Below are positions 1-12,300 of a stretch of DNA of 64,000 nt, one piece after another. Made by a program: the position numbers and the translations under genes. The stretch's first letter is position 1, and the number at the start of each line of letters is the position of its first letter. The notes below the pieces were generated by a model. That model did not search any database. It saw only the letters and a program-made list of their open reading frames with translations, and had not been told where the DNA came from. The stretch is taken from NCBI GenBank assembly GCA_002633005.1, contig NMRA01000386.1, positions 1 through 64,000 on the forward strand, given 5' to 3'. Source of the DNA: Phoronis australis (taxonomy: Eukaryota > Animalia > Phoronida).

Positions 1-71
1 ACGTGGTTCTTGTCATCATGTTGCTCAACATGCTCATCGCCATGTTATCGTCTTCCTATCAACACACAGAG
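1..71 (+). CDS. TRPC-like channel, exon encoding end of S6 (5'-partial)
   Basis: Frame from nt 3 reads VVLVIMLLNMLIAMLSSSYQHTE, matching the TRP S6 signature LLNMLIAM; followed by donor GTAGGA at 72 (phase 0). Confidence 0.9.
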
Positions 72-1330
72 GTAGGACCTTAGTTTTCGAACCACTGAGA
101 CTATTAGCATAAGAGTCTGATAAACATCTCAAAAACGAGGGCGTACACATTTTTGCATGCTAAGCTCCGATCTGATGTGTCTGCTTATTTCAAATCGTCT
201 CATATTTCTCTCATTTTCTGTAGTTTTAATATGATTAATGTTTATTCATTGAATTGCTGATCCGTGATTTCAGTTGCGTTCTCTTTCTTTTTTGGATAAC
301 TTTCTCGACGTACGAAAATAGAAGCATAATCGTGCTGTAAACTCAAACAAAATGTTCTGCTCAGGTAACATTGTGAGCAATGTAGCCTAATGGCAATAAA
401 CACAACCTGCGTTTATCATGTGGATCATGACCCAAGTAACCTCTGCTAATGTTGTATAAAGCTTGATGAGCCGACTTAAATACACCGCTCATCCCTAATT
501 CACCGATGAAGGACCACATGTGAGAAATGTACATTAAACTCTAATGCCAACAGTCTTCGTTCGAGACTAGGAAGGCCACATCGTAACGCATGTTTTGCGC
601 ATTTTTCTCGCGGTCTAAATTGCCAAACGTTATATAAATCACAAATCAGATACCTTGTAAAGCCCCACAGTGCCACCTTGTTTAGCTTCATGTTTTGGGA
701 TGGGACAGCTCTGCGTGAACTTGGCCTGCTTAATCTCAAGATCGCGTATGCGTAGACTTAAAATCGAATATTCATTTAGGCAATCAGATGAAATTTTTGT
801 TCAGTGTCAAGAATTTTTGTAATTACTAGCCACATGATCATCCATTTTTCTCCTTTATACTTACTTGTGTCAAAGAATCGGAGGAACACGTGAATGGCAA
901 ATCAATCATTGTTTGATGAAGATGATCACCAATAGTTGGAAAAATATCTGTTAAAATTTAAGTTATTTTATTAACACGTAAATTGTTTAAGTGCAGTGCA
1001 AATTGTTATCAACATGAACGTGATTAGTTGAGCGAACTTTTCAAAATTCCTCGTGTATTCAAAGTTCACGCATGCGCCATCTTGAAATTAAGAAGCAAGA
1101 TTGAAAATACACACACAGCAGGACCGCTCTGTTTTTTGATACGATGAGTTTTCATACAATTACTTGTTTCGCGTGAGATAACCCGCATGGACCGACTGGA
1201 ATTCAGTTGAAATTGCTCCCGGCCAACGTGATTCACCGATACGAAGCGAAGGTGATAATGTATGCGACATTTCGTGTGCATTTAGATGATATAACATCCG
1301 GGGACTTCTTTATATTTATTAGAGTGTGGN

Positions 1331-1432
1331 CACATCATCATCACATCATCATCACCAATCATCATCACATCATCATCACCAATCATCATCATCGTTGTCG
1401 TCGTCCTCGTCGCCACCACCACCACCATCATC
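1331..1432. repeat. (CAT)n/(CGT)n/(CAC)n microsatellite
   Basis: Trinucleotide runs directly after an N at 1330. Confidence 0.9.
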
Positions 1433-1725
1433 TTATTTTTCCGAAGCAAAACTTCTGCAAGGCTAAATTTAGACCCGACAATTGTGGTGCTGTTATACCC
1501 TCTCACTATGGCTAACACAAGCAAAACTATACCTACACAAAAAATTAGTCACCAGGGAGGGAATCGGTCAGAACTTAATTTCATTGCATAATTAATTCAG
1601 CAATCACGTAAGTTTTATTTGGCCAATTAACGCGCTTTCCCCGGCATAAATTCAAGTGAGTTAGAACTTTGGTAATTTTATGTTTCTAGCGTTATATCCA
1701 GTTGTACTTACATTTTATTTGTCAG

Positions 1726-1884
1726 ACTTGGAAAGATATGGAGTGGAAATTCGCTAGATCTGCATTATTTATGGAGTTCATTACGGTCAAGGAGACGTTA
1801 CCCGTTCCGTTCAACATCATACCAACAGTTAAGGGGATCTTCAACAAAATTGTCAACGTGTTCAAGCCCTGCCTCATGAGACGG
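1726..1884 (+). CDS. TRPC-like channel, TRP-domain exon
   Basis: ttttatttgtcAG acceptor; TWKDMEWKFARSALFMEFITVKETLPVPFNIIPT contains TRP box EWKFAR and box 2 LPxPFNIIP; GTGAGT donor; 159 nt, phase 0/0. Confidence 0.93.
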
Positions 1885-2924
1885 GTGAGTTCGTTTGATT
1901 GTCGTATTGTGTTTTAAAGCTCTACTTGCAAACTATTCTCTGATTGCGAGTCCAGTGAGTGTAAACAAGAACACACAAACGTTGTTCCAAGGCACACAAA
2001 CATTTGCACACACACAATCAGTTGTAGGCGAGTGCACAAACCTAAGCCCTGACTCTTATACAAACGTAACCTTACCTAGTGAAAAGGGGCCTACCGAAAT
2101 AATTGATCGGTGAGTTTGGTATATTCGATTGTGAGAAAGAATTTGGAATGGATGGAATAGGGCCGTCCCGGATTACAACGCGGCACTCGATCTCGCTGTA
2201 TTTACCCACAATGCCGTTAACATCCGCCAAGCACATTTGCTGATTCCTTTTCATGCCACTGGAGATTTATATGTTATTTGCTGTTGTCTTATTCTTAACA
2301 AGGTTTTCTCAGTTGCATTACTCTATTTGTCCTTCCAATGCCAACGAAGTATTATTGCAGCTCTGCTTTGGGCTGTAACTCCGACGTGGAAAAGCTTGTT
2401 AAACTGAACAAATACCCGTGGATGCGTGATCTGAAATTTTTGGCTTTCCCGACATCAATCAAAACACCCAAAAGTGTGCCTGAGTTCCAAAACGAGGTCA
2501 CGAGCTTTCTTATCTGAGATGGGAGAAAGAAGAGTTCTGTCGCCGTGTAATCCGGGACGCCCCTATTCATTGCTTCCTTTCCATAAACAAAGACTTTTTA
2601 CCGTAAGTACATGTTAGTGTCTTGGGTCTTCGGGACGCAATGATGGACCACAAACCACAAAGCTTGCACTCTCTGGATTGTGTTCATACTCAAAGGTCAT
2701 GTGCTGCCTTTTCGTTGTACTCAATTCAAAAAGATCGAAATGCTGAGGTAAAAAACAAAGAAAAACCGTGCACAAGTAAATTTATTCTAACGAAACACTT
2801 CTGTTCAAACTTGTGTTGCTGAAAATCAGAAAGGACACAAATTAACATTACTCTAAAATCTATTGGTTTATTTCAATGAGCCGCCGGCCTATTAATAATG
2901 GCACGACGTTTCGCGCAAAATGGT

Positions 2925-2982
2925 ATTTGAAATAGGGACCTTTAGATTCCTAGTCCAGTACTCTAACAACTACACCATCGAG
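2925..2982 (-). repeat. tRNA-derived SINE-head-like relic
   Basis: Minus strand gatggtgtagttgttagagtactggact...ctatttcaaatac resembles degenerate Pol III A and B boxes; no full cloverleaf. Confidence 0.3.
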
Positions 2983-3494
2983 TCAACCTTGAGGAAAATT
3001 AGTTATACTTATGTCTGCCTAAGAATTGGAAGTATCAAAGTCATATTTAGGAAGACAGGATACTGTACAAATTGTGTACAATCTTGAGCTCGTGGCGTGT
3101 GAGTAAACGGTATGAAACCTTAAGATCGGGGTTTAATCCACTAAGCGACTGAACAATGTTAGACATAGACACCTGTAAAATGAAAAGAGTCAACGTGGAA
3201 GTAATTCCGGATCTTTGAACGAACATTTGTTCCTTGTCAAGGACAAAATTATTTCGTAAAATCGCGCAAAAACTCCAATGCGCAAGGAACTATTAAGTAA
3301 CATCTCAGAGACGCAAGATAGGGCAACATGTGGCAGCAATTAAATAGGTATTCTCTTTGTACATAAAATCGCCATCAAAAGTATGTTTGACATTTTGTGT
3401 TCAACGGTGTGATAAGCGAAGATAAGCGTGAGCTAAATCTATGATTTTCTCAGATTAGTTTGTAGTCCCAAGTTTTCACTTTCTTTCTCTACAG

Positions 3495-3833
3495 CAAAGG
3501 AAGATGAAAATCGAAAGAACCAAAGAATACCAAGATTTATACAAGCACTTGATGAACAGACTCAAGAATAGGTACATGGCTAGAGTGGAGAAATGTGCAG
3601 ACTGCCACCAACTCCGTTCGTCGAAGACGGGTAAATGGAGACTTTTTAAAAGGATGTTATTCCCAGCAGTGTTAACAATTTCACCTCTCATTGTGTTACC
3701 TACAACTGCACAACGAGAAATTAGCCTGATAGAAGAAACCAATACTCGACTAAAACTGTTGGGCTCCGAGCGCAGCGTCACAAAGCTGAACGTGGTTCGC
3801 TGTGGGTGTTCCGTCTCCACAGACGACAGTTAA
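3495..3833 (+). CDS. TRPC-like channel, probable last coding exon
   Basis: ttctttctctacAG acceptor, phase 0; QRKMKIERTKEYQDLYKHLMNRLKNRYMAR resembles the TRPC C-terminal YQ..M..L..RY helix; TAA at 3831-3833. Confidence 0.75.
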   Translation, partial: QRKMKIERTKEYQDLYKHLMNRLKNRYMARVEKCADCHQLRSSKTGKWRLFKRMLFPAVLTISPLIVLPTTAQREISLIEETNTRLKLLGSERSVTKLNVVRCGCSVSTDDS

Positions 3834-4580
3834 TTCTTCCAAAGCGTTGGTGAAGATTGTCGATTTAGGTGACTTGTAAAAGTTTTCAAACTGGTTTCAA
3901 ATTTAAGTTGACGGGTTGCAGAGCATCATTGCGGATTAAAGGGTCTAGCCCTGATTAGTATCGACTGATAGCACAAAGGAGGTTTAATAATCCTCTAAAG
4001 AGAAACGACTTTGAAGAGACCGATTTCCACTGCCGTCTCACTTTCTTCCAGGCAAAGGAGTTGACGCGGAGTTGAAGTGAAACAATATCATAAAATAGTT
4101 ATGGCCTTCATCTAAAAAGATTTTCATGTACACAAAAAAGAAAATACTTATGTCCTCCAAAATGATGAATCGGACCGTTTTTGTGCCAAAGTTTAGGTTG
4201 TACAAACAACGGAACAAACAGTTGCACAGCAAAATCTGACAACATTTTTGATGAACATATACTTCTGCCATAGGTCCAGATGTAAACACAGATCTTAGCG
4301 TCAATATTTTCTTGCTTTGTTGGTGACCATAACCTTTCTGTTTTAAGGCGTGTAATTCAGATATTGTGTAGCAACTCAGAATGGTTGGTTCTGAAAGAGT
4401 TTTATATAACTTACAAGTCCACTCACTTTAGTTGGAGATTGTGATTTACTTGATAAAAGTGAAACATAACCAAAATGCGAGTACTGTGTGCAAACAAGAC
4501 TCAGAATAACAGCAAACTCTACGAATGTGTCATCTCTCCTACGATCACTCAATCATGGAATATGCGATATAATGATCACT

Positions 4581-4990
4581 CCAGGGCCCGGTCTCCAATC
4601 TTTTTATTCGAAATGGAACTCGAAATTAGGTTTGGCATTTTCTACTCTACTTTTGGGCGAACTCAAGATAAGTGTCTATTATTCTATGCTCGAGTACACA
4701 ATAACTTAAGTAGATAATTTATTGCCCTTAGTTCACAGTTTGTAAACCCAATATTAAAGCAATAAGTTCGAGTTTGAACTCGAAATTTCGAGTTTTTACT
4801 CGAGTTTGGAGCACGAATATAAGGGTCTTCAAGGGCAAACTTGAACTAGAAACTCCTATGCATAAACTATAATGTATTCGAGCACAGTCTGATAACCAAT
4901 TATCTTAAGTTCGCACAAAAGGAGCAGAGAAATTGCCAAAAATAGTTTCGAGTTCGTTTCGAGTACAAAGATTAAAGACCGGGCCCAGGA
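4581..4990. mobile_element. Palindromic MITE
   Basis: Imperfect inverted arms of about 140 bp: cagggcccggtctccaatcttt... and ...aaagattaaagaccgggcccag. Confidence 0.75.
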
Positions 4991-5106
4991 TACTGCAAGA
5001 ACTGGTGGATCTAGGATTACGTGCAGGGTACTCACTATTTTTGACAAAATATATCCCCGTAGCCCCTTAAAACAGCCTGCTGGGTTGGGGAGTCGTGTTC
5101 CCCTTT

Positions 5107-5537
5107 GGTCGGTTGCATGAAACAATCCCAAATAGGGACTCAACCAAGGTCCCTAAGTCTTTGTGCATGTTTGTATCTTTATAGACTCACAGATGCAATA
5201 TTTGCTATCATTTCATTTTTATTATGAGCTCCTCTTTGATTAATGACATTTTCTAATAATTGAACTAAAAACTGAGCCTAGAGTTCATTGAAAATAAATA
5301 GGGACTCAGTCCTTAAATTGGGGTTGTTGCATGAAAAGATCCCTTAATATTTTCGATAATATTGACAAATCAACGTATAATTCACTCTCGACTTCTATCA
5401 AAGTCAGAAGTTGACTTGGTAATCAAACTAAAACAATTCAAGAAAGGGCAATCGATGTTTTCACAAGTCCAAAAATACGCAGTAGATTTAGGGAACTTAG
5501 TTGAGTCCCTATTTGGGACTGTTTCACGCAACCGGGC
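5107..5537. mobile_element. MITE with about 45-bp TIRs
   Basis: cggttgcatgaaacaatcccaaatagggactcaac vs gttgagtccctatttgggactgtttcacgcaaccg; a related end occurs at about 22554. Confidence 0.75.
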
Positions 5538-6185
5538 ACTTAACTCGCCCTATGGCAAATGGTGCTATAATTTTGTTTTAGGGGACAAACCAGACACGGA
5601 AACTGTGGAGGATGCCAGCGATATAAAGACCTTGATCAGCTCTTACTTCGAGTTACGTCTCCCGGACCATTATCATCCAAGTCAGATCTACTCGGCAATC
5701 AGGCAAGCCCGGGGGCGCGAAGTGGATAATCCAGACAAAGAGCTGGATAACTTATTTAACGTTACCTCCCAGGCGTAATTTGCTCATAGGTACATGTATA
5801 CACTAAGAGTGCATGATCAGATTTCCAGGTTTACACTTACAGACCAATTACTTGCTCCGCTCCATCAAACTTGATTTAAACAAGTTTCATCACGTTTTAC
5901 ATAAACCGGCATCATTTTCTTTCTTTTTTGATTACCATGGCTATAAGCCCGCCTGTGACTAATTTAGCTTTACTATTTTATAAAGTTACCGACCTCGATT
6001 GCAGCAATACTACCGAATCTCAGGCAATCAACATAGGGAATTGTCAACGTCTAATGAAATCATAAAAACCACCTAGGCTTTCACAGTTGGTAACGCCTGT
6101 CAAACCTAATACCTTTAAGAAACCTATACCGTCTAATAATCTCCAAATTCGTTTCAATCCCTAAACCAACTGTTTTCCTTCATGT

Positions 6186-6365
6186 TCAAAGGGCAACGCT
6201 GCAGGGAATCCTTTCCGGAAGCAGATAAAGGTATTCAAACTCTTTTTTCTCGTTCCTCGCGTGGATGGTCTTCGATATCCGGGCAAGATTTTGTCGAAAT
6301 TTCTCCTGAGCAAGTTTTGCTTCCTCTTCAGCGAACAACTCTTCTGGGAAACTCCCCAGTAATAC
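6186..6365 (-). CDS. Lipoxygenase last coding exon
   Basis: tgcAG acceptor; VLLGSFPEELFAEEEAK...YLYLLPERIPCSVAL followed by TGA. Confidence 0.92.
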   Translation of the reverse strand, partial: VLLGSFPEELFAEEEAKLAQEKFRQNLARISKTIHARNEKKEFEYLYLLPERIPCSVAL

Positions 6366-9300
6366 CTGCAGTAGATGACATATTGGTGCAGACATTTTTC
6401 GACCTGGTATATTTCATCCAATAGTATATTGGTGACATTTGATGCATGCATTACGTTTACCACGTCAGTTGTTTTTTATGTGTTACTATATAATAATATC
6501 TAGTCAAATATGGACCGAGGGAGACCAATATTGACCGAGGCCGTGAGCCAAGGGCAATACTGTTATGCTCGAGGGATCGCTCTACATATGTTTCACCATA
6601 CGATCGTTGATGCTTCATTCATCTGAACTTTGGTCTACTATTAGATAGCCAGATTCTTACTTGCTTTGATGTTCTGACTTCGTGTTCTCGCTTTGTTTAC
6701 TGTTTTCAGTTTTGTTGCCGCATCTAATTTGTCAGATCAAGAATAGCGAGATCTGGCGGCCGAGCGGCATGAATGAAAAGTGTATTCTACAGCGAGGCAG
6801 TCAACTTCATCTCTTAAGGAAGTAATCATAAGACATTGTAGCTAATCAGAGGACAGACGCATCAGTGCTCGTGTAATAATATTTGTTATTTTAGTATGTC
6901 ATATTACATAACATCAATTAGGTTTATTAAATTTTAAATTTTGCATGCAATATGTAGTAGTATGCCATTATAATATATACATGTAGAAGTATACATACTA
7001 TACACAGTGTTACCTTATGGGCATAAACGGCAAGTAGGTTATTGTACTGACATAGAGAATGGAGATTTTCACGAAGGTGTCACACAAGTGTGAACAAGTA
7101 AGGGCAAAGATAACTCGGTCCAAACATGAACTCTGAAGAAGCAACCTACCTCTGTATCTATGAACCTTGTTAAGGCATGGGTAATTGTAACTGCCGCTGC
7201 TGTCAAGATGTGGCCCGGAAGTGTCGCCATAATGTCTTCCATTTGTACTTCACGCTTTCGCTAAAAGATGACAAAACGTTGACCTGTTTGAAGATAGTTT
7301 CTTGTTCAGGAATTTGTGGAACATGTTAATTTTTTTTGCTATTCATGATGGAGCACGATTTGATTTGTAAAATACTTTAAGCGGACCAGGAAGCCCCAAA
7401 TAGAAAACACTGTCTTTCCAAAAGTGAAATTTTATGATATCAAAATGATTGCCATTAACGTTGTTTGAATTATTGGTGTGAAAACATATTATAGATCTGC
7501 ATCTCTATTAGAAGATAAGTAACTAATTTCCAAGGTTTTTGTCTTCTACATCACGTTTTTCGGGTTAAAATTGATATTGGAAAGACTTAAGGACGAAGTT
7601 TCAGACCACATTTCACCTCATTAGTGAACAGGCGTAGAAACACCAACGTCTGAGGCACTTTGGTTCTAGTATCCTTGCATTGTCACGTAAAATTTCTCCC
7701 AACTATTATCTTAGTTTCAAACATTAACTCAGCCTTTTCTCAACTCGTCTGCACAATTCGAAAAGCAAACCTACGTCTGGCGGTGGTTTACGAAGAGCCA
7801 TCGGATAGGCTGGAGGAAAAGCCATGTGGTGAAACTGGCCAAAGTTAACCGCCGCATGCTGGCAAGAACAATTGAAGATGATCATAGCCATTGTAGTGCT
7901 TAGCTCATCCACAGTTCTCATACTGTCCGGGCACTGTTTGTCAATTCCACCCTCAACAAACGGGAAACCATACGTGTGGAGCTGAAACAAAGATGTCGAG
8001 GACTACACAAAATATCGTACAGAAATTGAAAGCCAATGACAGTAACTAATTGAAAGTTATTTTGCTCTGTTGTATCTGGGTTTGGCAACGCAGATCTTGA
8101 TAATAGAAAATTGATACCACGTTTGTAGACAAAATCTAAAATGCACAACAGTCAGTAAACCTTCAAACCATGACAGGATACATGAGGCAGATCTGTCTGA
8201 ATACGACGGCGGGCGAGTCGAAGATAAAAATTTTGCTCCTTGTTTTAGTTTAAGCGCTGTATACATTTGACGTCACCGGTATTTTGCTGTTAAGCAGTAA
8301 TGATCAGTGAAGTGGAAAATCGGTTAAAGCGAATAAATAAAAAAATCAAACCACACTGAAACTGATTTGGTGAGCTTCAACTGGCCCTATACAACACGGG
8401 ATGGTTTTCCTGATTATCAATGCTTGGCACACAGACAGATCACAGGTCCGTTGGAAGCTATTGAGACAGGAAAGTACAAAATTGTGATTAATAAACGTTC
8501 ATCATTGTCACCCGACTTACACTAGCTTTCCGATTCCCAACCCTGGACTTTAGTGTCACTAATAGAGCTCTCCCTTGTCCGGAGGTAAGAAACCGCATTG
8601 TTTTCACTAGCCTCGTTTTGGAACGCCAAGCACATTTCTTGGGAGTTTGATGACAGAGACCATCATCAGACTTGGTACATTGCTGATAACATCAGCAGAC
8701 TTGGGGCATTTATGACAACGCGCATCAGCTGACTTGGGACATTGGTGATAACGCTCATCAACTGATTTGGGAGATTGATTACTACGCTCACCAACAGACT
8801 TGGGACATTGCTAATAACGCTCATCAACAGACTTGGGACATAGATGGCAACGCTCATCAGACCTTGGACATTACTGATAACGCTCATCAACAAACTTGGG
8901 AAGCCTAGATATGCTGTTTTCTAGTGCTTTCTGTGCTTAACTACTATTGTATGTTGATTTTTTTTGTAATTAACATTAAAAAACAAACTTGGGACATTGA
9001 TGATGACGCTCATCAGTATACTTGGGACATCCATGATAACGCTCATCATCTGACCAGGGTCGCTGCTTTGAAAAGTGATATTGTTAAAACAATGCCACTA
9101 CAATTTTAGAAGTTTTGCCTTATTCGTAAAAGAAGTTTGAAAACTCAAAATCGGCTGCAGTTTATTTGAAATCAAAACTGGCGGTCAGGTAGGTCACAAC
9201 AAACCAATGTTTGACTTTTTACTGTATAAATTCAGATTTTCTCGGAAAGGATTCACACATGAAACATGAACTTTAATGGGGATAAGCAATTGACGTATGA

Positions 9301-12300
9301 ATATTTATTTGATGAAACATCATTGGACTTCGGTAGGGGTTGACTTACCTAAACTGGCAAAAACGGACCTCAATGAACAGTGGGGTGGTACTTGCGCACC
9401 AGTTACTCCCCGTGGCATGAAGCCTACAGCACCAACCATGTTATCAATGTATCAAACTATGTGTCGTTCCGACACTAGACACAGGCTAGACGTTCTTACC
9501 TCCATCATGAAGTTTTGTAGCTCTTCGTCTGCTGCGACGTCACTGTCAGTGGTATAAAAGATGCTGACCATGTCCTTGGAATACTGCAATATGGCACTCC
9601 ACAGCAGTAGTGCGTCGTCTCTGTAGTGGTAGTTCGGCAGCAAGTCTGCGTCATCTACGCCACGATTGGCAAATTCTTGAGGAATGTTAAGACTGGTCCA
9701 TTGGAAACGCTTGCGGTAACGTGTCTTCATGACCTCTAAGTGATGACCGTCTGTAAACGTGAAATAAATTCGTTCCACTTACAGCTGTGGTGCTTGCATG
9801 GCGCTTTTAATTTAAACCTAAATGAAGGTCCTTTGTCCTGACCTGGAGCTAGATTGCTCTTCGAACTCCATCAATTCCGTTTTGTCACGTAATTCTACGC
9901 TGGTGGATGGCACTCATTTAAGGAGTAATTACCTTTTCATGAAGTGATTATTATGTAAAATGTGTTGCCCGACCACACTTGTCTAACTTTTTGCTAAATG
10001 TGACCGTGTCATAAGTTTTAGTACCAAAACACTCTGAACCTGTGTAATAATGCTAGGGACCGTCTCTTTTTCTGAATGTAAGTCTCTTTTTACGGAACAT
10101 CAACATGAGAAGCAACGGCGTCATCTGCTCTATTTGAATGGTGCAAAGAATAGGCGACCCCTTGTAGCCTGGCCTAAAGATCAAGAGTTAAAATAAAAAA
10201 CAAGAAGTTTCAAAACCTACTTTAATTACAATTATTTTAACCTGCATGAAAAACATTGACATTTAATTTCAGAAACCCAACTTCACGCTGAAGTGAGAGC
10301 GATGATTGCATGTGAATTTGAAAAACTTATGTTGAGAGATGCAGATTAATTCACCACTTGCACACATTGGTGGCACAGCAAAAATGATTGTTGTGCAATG
10401 TTGATAAGGACACAATGCCTCGTTTTATTCAGCAACGCAAAGTGAAAGCACTTGTGATCTAAATATGCAGAACAATTTGTAACTTGGATACAACACCTCA
10501 AGCATAATGGAGAATTTGTCCAGGTATTGGGTCTTACAGATTGACCATACAAAGAAAACAATGTCTTTTGGCCACTCAGACCGCATTACCGTCTTAGGTG
10601 TCGAAACGCATTTAAAGATTCGAAGAAGTGCTTTCTGCTTATACGCAAAGACGTGGGAAAGAAAACGAAATATGGCGTTAGAAAATGCGATCACATGATC
10701 ATAGTCTGAGCAGTCCATGGTTACACCCCATTCCGGTGGCACTTTCACGCATTCACTTGTTGAACTCGCGAATAATACTCGGGAACGTGTCACAAGCTTT
10801 CCGTGTCAAAATACGTACCGGAAATTGATAACGTCTTGTCGACTATGCCTCCCGGCTGAATGAGTTTCTCCCGGGCAACTGCATTTATGGCCAGAGTGTG
10901 ACGAGTATGCGGAAGAATAAGCTTATACAGCGGATGAACACTAGGAAGGTTCCGCAGCATTGCCATGGCGACTGGTTCCCCCACAAAATGAGTTCCCAAT
11001 AAGTGTGATCCCACTTGGTGAATCTGCACGTCCGCGTTCTTCGCGAAGAGTTTCGCCAACGTCCAGCCGAGGCCGTCGTCAGGTGTCCAGATAGGTCCAT
11101 CTTCCTGATCCAGCTTAATTGCGATCGGCACCAGATTACCACATGTTCGCACGTAGAAAAGGGCCATTGCATCGGCACTGAAGCGGGTATCCTCGTCTTT
11201 GCTGAATCGCCCAATGCCCACCAAATCTTCGCAATTCAATATATACATATGACCTCCCTGTAAATAATAAGAAAAATTCTCTGATGGTTATGTTGCCTCG
11301 CATAACGCAGAGTAAGCGTCCACTGAAGCTTCAGAAACTAAAAGATAGAAAACGTGAAAAAAATCCTACGTTGACACCGTCACCGGTAGAGATTAGACAA
11401 TTCGACCATTTCACCCGCCACGAAATCAGCCGACCAACTTCAAAGAATTCCGTTCACTTACGGGCAATTGCATGGCTGTGCACGCAGCAGAATTCTGGTG
11501 TTATCGTTCTAGTTTGGCTAATTACAGTCTACAATCCACACTGGAGCCAGCATTAGATAGTAAATACCCTGTCTCTCATTCTCGACGGTATACAATCTGG
11601 CAATTATCAAGGCTCATAAATCAGTAGGGTGCAGTTTTCAATTGAGGTGAGCCGCATTCTTGGCATGTAAGTTTACACAACTAAAAATGTTGCATATGGG
11701 AGCGTTTAACAAAAATCATTTATCATCGCCAACTTTCCAATGGCAGCCATTTCGCTAATATATGCTGAACAGGTATCTAAACTGACGTGATCGTAGGTTG
11801 TCTTGCTACTCACAAAAACGTCTTGGTGACGGCTTCACTACCACAGCCTGATCAAAGTAACTTGTATTCACTCTAGTCTTCACAAAACCTATCAGAAATA
11901 CAGTCTAGATACAAGACTGGGTTTTCTTGATCTAGAAGGCAACCCAAGCAGCATGCTCAGTGCATGACTTTACTCTCTGGGTCACTAATGGTATGCCATA
12001 CCTTCATTTCATCCTCCAGTGAGAGACCTCGTTGTAGGAACTTTCCAACCATCTCGTCCGTCACAGGAAAATTATCAGGGAGTTTACTGCATCTCTCTAT
12101 CGTAATCGGATTAGGTCCGTTAAGGACCAAGTTACCAAACACGGTATCTTCGTCCCAGTTGTCTATATACCATTTTATATAATTCATGTCTTCCCCAGAA
12201 CCAAGAAACCTACAAAAAACAAGTTCAAGCAGCTAATTAATCAAGAATCGGTACTTGCTTTTCTAAAAACTACATACATGTACATTTGACTGCCTTGTAT

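Noticed and set aside
1207-1524. His-rich and Met/Asp-rich ORFs
   Set aside because: Translations of a (CAT)n microsatellite beside an N, inside a TRP intron.
5362-5778. 138-aa ORF
   Set aside because: Runs through a MITE terminal repeat, has a non-ATG start and no recognisable domain.
8666-9055. Repetitive ORF / CRISPR-like periodicity
   Set aside because: Head-to-tail 33-bp minisatellite with no unique spacers, in a eukaryotic intron.
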